Origin: Tepidisphaeraceae bacterium
Lineage (GTDB): Bacteria; Planctomycetota; Phycisphaerae; Tepidisphaerales; Tepidisphaeraceae
Assembly (NCBI GenBank): GCA_036388295.1
Contig: DASVSC010000054.1
Span: 1-22,542, forward strand
DNA length: 22,542 nt
Direction: 5' to 3'
The notes beneath the pieces are model-generated. The model made no database searches. It saw nothing but the letters and a program-made list of their open reading frames with translations, and was not told where the DNA came from. Shown one piece after another: positions 9,692-16,405 of the stretch; position 1 is the stretch's first letter; the number at the start of each line of letters is the position of its first letter. The position numbers and the translations under genes are program-made.

Positions 9692-10006
9692 ATGCCACGC
9701 GGCGATAAGTCGGCCTACACGGACAAGCAAAAACGCCAGGCCCAGCACATCGAAGAAAGCTACGAAAAGCGCGGCGTGCCGAAGGAAGAAGCCGAACGGC
9801 GCGCCTGGGCGACTGAAAACGCCATCAGCGGCGGCGGCAAGAAGAGTGGCAGCGGCCGGGGCAAAAAGACGAACAAGAAGCCGGCGAAGAAAGGCGGCGC
9901 GATCGGCGGATCCAAAGGCGGCAAAGCCAGCGCCGCCCGCCCCGCCGCGGCGAGGAAGAAGTCGGCCAAAAAGGCGGCCGCCACGCGGAAACGCAGCGCC
10001 AAGTAA
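9692..10006 (+). CDS. Small, highly basic protein (104 aa). It has a conserved-looking N-terminal module followed by a Lys/Ala/Gly-rich histone H1/Hc1-like tail.
   Basis: Strong RBS GGAAGGAG 7 nt upstream of the ATG, only 24 nt after the upstream gene. N-terminus: MPRGDKSAYTDKQKRQAQHIEESYEKRGVPKEEAERRAWATENA. C-terminus: GGGKKSGSGRGKKTNKKPAKKGGAIGGSKGGKASAARPAAARKKSAKKAAATRKRSAK. No stop codons in 104 codons, with clear codon-position GC bias. Confidence 0.7.
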   Translation: MPRGDKSAYTDKQKRQAQHIEESYEKRGVPKEEAERRAWATENAISGGGKKSGSGRGKKTNKKPAKKGGAIGGSKGGKASAARPAAARKKSAKKAAATRKRSAK

Positions 10007-10029
10007 CGCGTTCGCGCTTCGGCCTCGAA

Positions 10030-10467
10030 TCAGCGCATTTCGTTTTTCCGCATCGGCATCGCGTCAATCGTCGCAAACAACTCGGCCGACGCCAGCGGTG
10101 TCGTCTCGCGCTGCTTCACGCCGCCGTCTTTGCCGATCAGCACGAGTTCGAAGCGGTCCGATGATCGGGCAAACTTGCGGCGAAGTTCGCCCGCCGCCAC
10201 CGTACGGCCGTCGATGGTCGCCTGGTCATTGATCATTTCCACGACAGTCATTTCCCGTTCCGCGTAACCGGCGGCATCGGCCTTGATGATCGCCCGCTGT
10301 GCCCGCAGAGCAGGATCGTCGCTTGTCGGTGAGAAGAGGATCAGCACGCGACGTTTCCACCGCATCGCTTCCACCGCCGCATCGGCCGACGGATTCGTGG
10401 TCGGCGTCGCTGCCACGCAGACGCCGGCCATCAGGCCGGCGGCCAAGACCCAGTGATGTGTGATCAT
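10030..10467 (-). CDS. Secreted hypothetical protein, DUF4174-like
   Basis: N-terminal signal peptide MITHHWVLAAGLMAGVCVAATP. The W-K-R-R-V-L-I-L-F block (MRWKRRVLILFSP) resembles the DUF4174 signature. About 145 aa. Convergent with the small basic protein gene. Confidence 0.6.
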   Translation of the reverse strand: MITHHWVLAAGLMAGVCVAATPTTNPSADAAVEAMRWKRRVLILFSPTSDDPALRAQRAIIKADAAGYAEREMTVVEMINDQATIDGRTVAAGELRRKFARSSDRFELVLIGKDGGVKQRETTPLASAELFATIDAMPMRKNEMR

Positions 10468-10513
10468 GCCGGATTGTACGTCGCCGGCGTGTCGCGGCGG
10501 TCTACACTTTCAC

Positions 10514-11245
10514 ATGCCGCGACGGTCTTCTGCCTCGCCCGCGCCAGAACCGGCGGCCGCTGCGGCCGCCGTGCCCGCCAGCGAATGGGACGATCGGTTC
10601 GCCACGCTCCGCGCCGCGGTCGAAGCGCTGCCACAAAAGCAGGCCGCCATGTTCATGTTGGCCGATGAAGGGTACGGCAGCGTGTTCGAGCAAGTCGTCA
10701 GCGCGATCATCAGCGTGCGCACGACCGAAGAAGTCACGTTGCCTGCGTCCCGCCGACTGCTGGACGCGGCCAAAACGCCGGCGGCGGTCGCTGACTTGGG
10801 CGTCGCCGGCATCACGCGGCTGATTTCGCCATGCACGTTCGCGGACGTCAAAGCCCGCGACATCATGGCAATCGCCGTGAGCGCACGCGACGACCATAAC
10901 GGCCGGCTGCCGTGTGACGTGGACGTGCTGGACGCCTTCCGCGGCGTCGGCCCGAAAGTAGCGAATCTGGCCATCGCCGCCAGCCACGATTGCAACGAAG
11001 CGGCCGGCATTCCGGTCGACATCCACGTGCACCGCATCGCCAACCGTTGGGGCACGATCGCGACGCGCACGCCGGAGAAAAGCCAGCCCGCGCTCGAGGC
11101 CGTGCTGCCGCGGAAGTATTGGGCCGAGATCAACCGTCTGCTGGTCCCGTTCGGCAAGTTCGTCTGCACGGGTGTGTCGCCGAAGTGTTCGATTTGCCCG
11201 GCACGCGACTGGTGCCAACGCGTAGGCGTGACGTCGCACCGGTAG
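10514..11245 (+). CDS. nth: Endonuclease III-like DNA glycosylase/AP lyase (HhH-GPD family with a [4Fe-4S] loop), paralogue 1.
   Basis: HhH motif LDAFRGVGPKVANLAIA with the catalytic-Lys position conserved. The VDIHVHRIANRWG block carries the catalytic Asp. The C-terminal Cys-x6-Cys-x2-Cys-x5-Cys loop is CTGVSPKCSICPARDWC. The start is uncertain (ATG 10514 is the preferred choice). The track start at 10460 would overlap the divergent DUF4174 gene. Confidence 0.8.
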   Translation: MPRRSSASPAPEPAAAAAAVPASEWDDRFATLRAAVEALPQKQAAMFMLADEGYGSVFEQVVSAIISVRTTEEVTLPASRRLLDAAKTPAAVADLGVAGITRLISPCTFADVKARDIMAIAVSARDDHNGRLPCDVDVLDAFRGVGPKVANLAIAASHDCNEAAGIPVDIHVHRIANRWGTIATRTPEKSQPALEAVLPRKYWAEINRLLVPFGKFVCTGVSPKCSICPARDWCQRVGVTSHR

Positions 11246-11298
11246 CGAACGACGGGCGAAGGACGCCGTTCGAGCGGTCGCTGCGCCTAGACTTGAAC

Positions 11299-12075
11299 AT
11301 GGCACGGAGGCTTTCCATCCCGCCGTCGCGCGCATTGCTCGACAAGGCCGCCGAGATACACCAACGACTGTGCGTGACGTACGGCTGTCCGATCCCCTAT
11401 TTCCATTCGCTCGATCCGCTGAGTGAATTGATTTCGTCATCGCTGTCGCACCGCACGCGCAACGCCGACTCGGGCCGTGCGTTCAAGACGCTGCGGGCGA
11501 AGTTTCCGACGTGGCAGCAGGTGATGGACGCGCCGACGGCGGAAGTCGAAGTGGCGATCAGCGCCTGCACCTGGCCGGAACTGAAGGCGCCGCGCATTCA
11601 GCAGATCTTGCGACAGATCATGGCCGAGCGCGGCGAGCTGTCACTGGATTTTCTGGCCGACCTCGACGTGTCGGCCGCCCGCGCGTGGCTCGAAACGTTG
11701 CCCGGCGTCGGCAAGAAGACCAGCGCGGCGGTGCTGTCATTCAGCCTGCTGCGCAAGGCCGCCCTGCCGGTCGATTCACATCACCATCGCGTGGCCGAGC
11801 GGCTGGAACTGATTCCGGCGCGGACGAGCCTGGACCGCGCCCACGAACTGCTCGAAGCGCAACTGCCGTCCGGCGCGTCGGCGCAATTCGTGTACGACAA
11901 TCACGAAGTGCTAATGCTGCACGGCCAACGCTGTTGCTTCCATCACCGCCCCGCGTGCGGGCGTTGTCCACTGCTGGACCTCTGCCCGACCGGCCAATTC
12001 AATCTGTCCACGTCGCCGAAGCGGATCGAGCAGCCGCAGGCCCCGTCCCTGTTTCACCCGCCGGAAACGGCCTGA
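11299..12075 (+). CDS. Endonuclease III-like HhH-GPD DNA glycosylase with a [4Fe-4S] loop, paralogue 2.
   Basis: Internal ATG at 11299 (MARRLSIPPS), 53 nt after paralogue 1. HhH motif LPGVGKKTSAAVLSF. VDSHHHRVAERL carries the catalytic Asp. Cys ligands in CCFHHRPACGRCPLLDLC. The first 103 codons of track ORF 10990.. overlap nth1 in another frame and are not coding. Confidence 0.8.
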   Translation: MARRLSIPPSRALLDKAAEIHQRLCVTYGCPIPYFHSLDPLSELISSSLSHRTRNADSGRAFKTLRAKFPTWQQVMDAPTAEVEVAISACTWPELKAPRIQQILRQIMAERGELSLDFLADLDVSAARAWLETLPGVGKKTSAAVLSFSLLRKAALPVDSHHHRVAERLELIPARTSLDRAHELLEAQLPSGASAQFVYDNHEVLMLHGQRCCFHHRPACGRCPLLDLCPTGQFNLSTSPKRIEQPQAPSLFHPPETA

Positions 12076-12323
12076 ACGACAGCCAACCGATCGCCAGGCC
12101 GTAGTGGCACGTTCAGGTCGGGCAGGTGTTTCGTGGCCGTTTCGTTGTGGAACACCAGCACGTGTGGCCGGATTCGTAGGGCGTGGTCGAAGATCAACGG
12201 CCCGAGCTTGGGATGCCGCGCGAGCGCCGCGAGTGCTGCGGCCAGTGTGTCGGCTTCGATGTCGACGGTTCGCCTGCCAATGCTGTCGGCCAGCAGCGAC
12301 GGCACTGTGACGCTGATCGTCAC
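12054..12323 (-). CDS. MoaD/ThiS-family ubiquitin-like beta-grasp protein (89 aa) with a C-terminal Gly-Gly.
   Basis: It ends ...DGDRLAVVQAVSGG* (diglycine C-terminus). The block TISVTVPSLLADSIGRRTVDIEADTLAAALAAL...HVLVFHNETATKHLPDLNVPLRPGDRLAVV matches the MoaD/ThiS pattern (KV...FA.LR...G...EVEL...TV.DLL..L......VAVNGE......PL.DGDEVAI.PPVSGG). The GTG start at 12321-12323 overlaps the TGA stop of the upstream BNR-repeat gene (GTGA), indicating translational coupling. The upstream 21 codons of the track ORF (MGGAG...) are not required. Confidence 0.65.
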   Translation of the reverse strand: MTISVTVPSLLADSIGRRTVDIEADTLAAALAALARHPKLGPLIFDHALRIRPHVLVFHNETATKHLPDLNVPLRPGDRLAVVQAVSGG

Positions 12324-13387
12324 AGCACGCCGCCGATCGCCCGCACGCACAAGACGCGCGGCAGCGTCACGTCCAGCGCCGCCCACGTCTGCCCCGCGTC
12401 GGCCGACACGGCTACTTCGCCTGACGTCGTGCCGAGGTAAACGCCCCGCCCGCCGTCAGTGGCCATGGCGTCGCGCAGCACGCTGGCGTAGGAGCGGCCG
12501 TCGATCACGCTGCGGGCGGGCTGCCAACTTTGTGCGCCATCAGTGGAACGGTAGACGGCAGCCTGGCCGTCCGCAAAGTAGCGCTTCTCTTCGCTGTCCA
12601 GCGGCGCGATCACCAGCGTGCCGTCTGGCAGAATCACCATCGGGAAGCCGAAGTTGCCGGGCAAGCCGTTCTCGCACGCCTGCCAGGTGATCGCGCCGTC
12701 GGTGCTGACGAAGACGCCGCCGTGAAACTGCATATAAAGCGTGTCCGGCCACGTCGGGTGCTGCACCATTTTGTGTACGCAGAAGGCGGTCTGCGGCTCG
12801 GCGGTGCCGGTCGGGACGGCCGACAAGCCGGCGTTGGCCAGCGACCAAGTCGTGCCGCCGTCCGTCGTGCGCAACACGCCGACGGCGCTGATCGCGACCC
12901 ATAGGCGCCTCGGGTCGGAATAATCGTGGACGATCGTGTGCAGGCAAAGCCCGCCGCCCCCGGCTTGCCATTGCGGCCGCGTCGGGTGGGCGGTCAGCGC
13001 GGCGACTTCCTGCCACGTGTCGCCATCGTCGGCGGAGCGGAACAGGGCGGCCTCGTCGATACCGGCATACAGCGTGCCGCTGCCCGGGGCGGCCGACAGC
13101 TGCCAAATGCGGTTCGTCTTATACGCCGACCCGTCCGCATACGCCGGCCGGCCTTCCGGCTGCGTCCAAGTGCGGCCGCCATCGCGGCTGCGGCGCGTCA
13201 CTGGGCCGTAAGCGTAGTGCGTGGTGCCGACGAGAAAGTCCAGGTCTTCCGCACCGGACCGCATCAGCAACGCCGATACTTCCCAACCCGCCAAGTGATG
13301 TGCCGCCAGTGTAAATGGCTTGCGGTCTTCAGATTTGAAGACGAATAAACCTTTTTGCGTACCCACCGCCAGTGTGACGTTCGGCAT
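12320..13387 (-). CDS. Cytoplasmic BNR/Asp-box repeat (sialidase-like beta-propeller fold) protein, ~355 aa
   Basis: Six evenly spaced Asp-box (S-x-D-x-G-x-T-W) motifs: SRDGGRTW, SADDGDTW, TTDGGTTW, STDGAITW, STDGAQSW, SADAGQTW. No signal peptide. Start at the internal Met MPNVTLAVGTQKGLFVF, with GGAGGG 6 nt upstream. The 104 upstream codons of the track ORF are Ser/Arg-rich and non-coding. Confidence 0.8.
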   Translation of the reverse strand: MPNVTLAVGTQKGLFVFKSEDRKPFTLAAHHLAGWEVSALLMRSGAEDLDFLVGTTHYAYGPVTRRSRDGGRTWTQPEGRPAYADGSAYKTNRIWQLSAAPGSGTLYAGIDEAALFRSADDGDTWQEVAALTAHPTRPQWQAGGGGLCLHTIVHDYSDPRRLWVAISAVGVLRTTDGGTTWSLANAGLSAVPTGTAEPQTAFCVHKMVQHPTWPDTLYMQFHGGVFVSTDGAITWQACENGLPGNFGFPMVILPDGTLVIAPLDSEEKRYFADGQAAVYRSTDGAQSWQPARSVIDGRSYASVLRDAMATDGGRGVYLGTTSGEVAVSADAGQTWAALDVTLPRVLCVRAIGGVL

Positions 13388-13505
13388 CAGCGAGCCCTCC
13401 TGCGATCTGCAATTATCGACCAAGCGACAAAATTTACATTTGAGAAACCGTTTGCTGATTTCTCCATGGCATTCGTCGTCGGGGGCGGATGATATAGTTT
13501 CGCTG

Positions 13506-15239
13506 GTGATCACGCTGACTGTCCTACAAGGCCCGGACAAGGGCCGACGTTTTGAACTGCCCGACCAGTCCACGCTAATCGGTCGCGAGAGCCGCGCCCT
13601 GCCGCTGACGGACCAGACCATCAGCCGCCGGCACGCCGAACTGAAGCCGGAAGCCGAAAGCGACTGGGTCCTGCGCGACCTCGGCAGTGCCAACGGCACC
13701 TACGTCAACGGCCAACGCGTGCTCAAGCCCTGGACGCTGAAAATGGGCGACCAGATCCGAGTCGGTCGGTCGCTGATGACTGTGGGCATTCAGACCGGAA
13801 GTCGTTCCATCAGCCGTAGCGTGACGCTGGCGGACCAGTCGGCGGGCATGGATTCGTCGATCATCAACACCCTGCCCAGCAACGACGACAGCATGGTGCT
13901 GGCCGTCCCGGAGCCGGCCGCCGCGGCGATGGCGAACCTGAAAATGCTCTACCGCCTGTCGGCGGCGCTGGGCAGCAGCTTTAAGATCGACCAGGTGTTG
14001 GAAGTGGTGATGGACTTGGTCTTCGAACACGTCAAGGCCGACCGCGGCATCCTGATGCTGCTCGACCGCGACGGCATGCCCGAAGCCAAAGTCGTCCGCG
14101 TACGCGACGAAACCGGCCAACGCCAGCGGCCCGGCACGGCCCCCGCCGCCCCGCCCGCCGAGGCCGACGCGCCCGAGCACATCCCCGCCAGCCACACGAT
14201 CATCAAACACGTGATCCAGAACGGCAGCGGCGTGCTCAGCAGCAACGCCATGTCCGACCCGCGCTTCAGCAAGGGCAAGAGCGTGCAGAACCTCGGCATC
14301 CGCTCGGCGTTGTGCGTGCCGATCAAGGCCCGCAAGCTGGAAAACGGACACAACGACCCGGGCGCGAGCGACGAAGTCATCGGCGTCATTTATATTGATA
14401 GTAGTGTTCGCAACTACTCTTATTCGACCGACCAACTCCGCCTGCTGACCAGCATCGGCCTGCAGGCCGGCATGGCGATTCAGAACGCCACGCTTTACCA
14501 GGCCGGCCTGGAAGCCGAGCGCCTGGCGGCCATCGGCGAAACGACGGCGGCGCTGAGCCATTCGATCAAGAACATCCTGCAGGCCCTGCGTGGCGGGGCC
14601 GACGTGGTGGAAATGGGCCTGCGCCGCACCGACGTCGGCCAAGCCACCAAGGGCTGGCGCATCGTCGAACGGAACCTCGACAAGATCTTCAACCTCACGA
14701 TGAATCTGCTGGCCTACTCCCGGCCGCGTTTGCCGAAGCTGGAGATGGTGCACCCGGGCCGCATCATCGGCGAGTGTCTGGAACTGATCGCCCCACTGGC
14801 CACGCAGCGTGGCGTGATGGCGGTGGCGGACGTGGAGAAAGACGTGCCGGCCGTGCCGGTCGATTCGGACGGGCTGCACCAGGTGCTGATGAACCTGCTG
14901 ACGAACGCCCTCGACGCGTCGCCGCAGGAGAACGGGTTGATTCGGGTTGGCTGCCGTTATTCGCCCGAAGAAAAGGCCGTGTTCATCGACGTGATCGACA
15001 ATGGCCCCGGCATCGCCCCGTCGATGAAACCGCACCTGTTCCAGATCTTCCACAGCACGAAAGGCAACCGCGGCACCGGCCTCGGTTTAGCCGTTGCCAA
15101 GAAAATCGTTGACGAGCACCAGGGTCGAATCAGTGCGACCAGCAAGCCGGGCGAAGGCACGACCTTCACCATCAAGCTGCCGGGATATCACATCAATGCG
15201 GAAGACTTGTCCGACACGCGCGGGCCGGGATTGAGTTAG
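13506..15239 (+). CDS. Soluble hybrid sensor: FHA domain, then GAF domain, then histidine kinase (HisKA plus HATPase_c). No receiver domain and no adjacent response regulator.
   Basis: FHA domain: VLQGPDKGRRFELPDQSTLIGRESRALPLTDQTISRRHAEL...GSANGTYVNGQRV. GAF-like core: LVFEHVKADRGILMLLD...VIGVIYIDS...LLTSIGLQAGMAIQNATLY. H-box: AAIGETTAALSHSIKNILQAL. ATP-lid: HQVLMNLLTNALDAS, IDNGPGI, GTGLGLAVAKKIVDEHQGRI. No TM segment. The start is assigned to GTG 13506 (VITLTV...) because the 5' part of the track ORF lies in an AT-richer, stop-poor intergenic region. Confidence 0.8.
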   Translation: MITLTVLQGPDKGRRFELPDQSTLIGRESRALPLTDQTISRRHAELKPEAESDWVLRDLGSANGTYVNGQRVLKPWTLKMGDQIRVGRSLMTVGIQTGSRSISRSVTLADQSAGMDSSIINTLPSNDDSMVLAVPEPAAAAMANLKMLYRLSAALGSSFKIDQVLEVVMDLVFEHVKADRGILMLLDRDGMPEAKVVRVRDETGQRQRPGTAPAAPPAEADAPEHIPASHTIIKHVIQNGSGVLSSNAMSDPRFSKGKSVQNLGIRSALCVPIKARKLENGHNDPGASDEVIGVIYIDSSVRNYSYSTDQLRLLTSIGLQAGMAIQNATLYQAGLEAERLAAIGETTAALSHSIKNILQALRGGADVVEMGLRRTDVGQATKGWRIVERNLDKIFNLTMNLLAYSRPRLPKLEMVHPGRIIGECLELIAPLATQRGVMAVADVEKDVPAVPVDSDGLHQVLMNLLTNALDASPQENGLIRVGCRYSPEEKAVFIDVIDNGPGIAPSMKPHLFQIFHSTKGNRGTGLGLAVAKKIVDEHQGRISATSKPGEGTTFTIKLPGYHINAEDLSDTRGPGLS

Positions 15240-15254
15240 CGTGAAGTTGATAGC

Positions 15255-15309
15255 GGGAAGTGGGAAGTTAAGAAAAGCGTCCGGCACTCTTTCTTACTAC
15301 CCACTTCCC
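15255..15309. terminator. Imperfect 20-21 bp inverted repeat made of tandem GGGAAGT units (GGGAAGTGGGAAGTTAAGAAA ... TTTCTTACTACCCACTTCCC) with a 14-nt loop. It sits between the convergent genes FHA-HK and atpG.
   Basis: Read directly from the sequence. It occupies most of the 86-nt gap between the two stop codons and could terminate transcription in both directions. Confidence 0.6.
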
Positions 15310-15325
15310 ACTGCCAACTACCCAC

Positions 15326-16300
15326 TTATTTCTTCATCGACTCCACGCCGCCCATGATTTCCGACAATTCAGTCGTGATCTGACTCTGGCGGGCGCGGTT
15401 GTACTGCAGGCTCAGGGCGCGGGCCATTTCTTCGGCGTTGTCGGTGGCGGCCTTCATGGCGACCATGCGGGCGACGTGTTCGCTGGTGGCGGCGTCGAGG
15501 AAGGTCTGGAAGAACGCCGTCTTGATGGCCAGCGGGATCAGTTCGGCCAGCAGTTCGCCGGGCTCGGGGCTGAACTCGTAGACCGTGTCTTCGCGCTTTT
15601 CATCGACCGGCGCATTGGCCGTGCCGGCACGCACGGCGTCGAAGGCGCCGGCCTTGGCCTGGCTTTCCTTTTCGTGCATCTGCTGGGCGATTTGGTCGGT
15701 GGCGGCCTTCAAGCTCGTCAACGGCAGCAGTTGCATCACGTCGGGCTTCTGCAGGCCGGTGCTGATGAAGTTCATGTAGCCGACGTACACGCCGTCGATT
15801 CTGCCGTCCGCGAAGTCGGCCATCAGGCGATCGGCCAGCAGTTCAGTTTCGCTGAACTTGGGCGGGTCGGCGACGACCATCTTGTCGGTCAGCACGCGCT
15901 TCTGGAACGTCAGGTAGCTGACGCCCTTCTTGCCGACGGCGTAGACGTCGACGGTCTTGCCTTCGCTTTCCAGTTTCTTGATGGCCAGAACGCTGGTGCG
16001 GATGACGTTGCCGTTGTAACCGCCGGCCAAGCCGCGGTTGCTGGTCAGCAGGACGAAGGCGACGCGGTTCGTGGCGGTGTTACCGGCGGGCACGCGGAGC
16101 AACGGGTGATCAACTTCACCGGCATTGGCGGCCACGTCGGCGACGAGTTCGCGGATCTTTTGCGCGTACGGCTTCGTGCTGACGGCGCGCTTAAGGGATT
16201 TCTGGAACTTGGCCGTCGCGATCATCTGCATGGTGCGGGTGATCTTGCGGATGTTGCGGACCGCCTTGCGGCGTTTAACGATCGCACGTGCTTTGGCCAT
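15326..16300 (-). CDS. atpG: F-type ATP synthase gamma subunit
   Basis: N-terminal MAKARAIVKRRKAVRNIRKITRTMQMIATAKFQKS and C-terminal ARMVAMKAATDNAEEMARALSLQYNRARQSQITTELSEIMGG match the conserved ends of gamma subunits. RBS AGAGGA upstream. No other atp genes lie within 5 kb on either side. Confidence 0.9.
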   Translation of the reverse strand: MAKARAIVKRRKAVRNIRKITRTMQMIATAKFQKSLKRAVSTKPYAQKIRELVADVAANAGEVDHPLLRVPAGNTATNRVAFVLLTSNRGLAGGYNGNVIRTSVLAIKKLESEGKTVDVYAVGKKGVSYLTFQKRVLTDKMVVADPPKFSETELLADRLMADFADGRIDGVYVGYMNFISTGLQKPDVMQLLPLTSLKAATDQIAQQMHEKESQAKAGAFDAVRAGTANAPVDEKREDTVYEFSPEPGELLAELIPLAIKTAFFQTFLDAATSEHVARMVAMKAATDNAEEMARALSLQYNRARQSQITTELSEIMGGVESMKK

Positions 16301-16405
16301 AATTCCTCTTGCTCAGCTCGGTCCGCCGTCGCCCGGCGAAGGGCCACGAATTATGCGGGCAGCGTCGCCGGGTCGCAAGCCGACGCCGGGTTTGCGGACA
16401 GCGAA

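Noticed and set aside
10502-11440. 312-aa and 219-aa − strand ORFs across the nth1/nth2 region
   Set aside because: They are antisense to two genes with clear HhH-GPD/4Fe-4S motifs, and their translations are Arg/Ser-rich with no features.
13575-15053. 492-aa − strand ORF antisense to the FHA-GAF-HK gene
   Set aside because: Low-complexity translation (runs of G, R, A, V) with no motifs. The + strand product has FHA, GAF, H-box and ATP-lid motifs.
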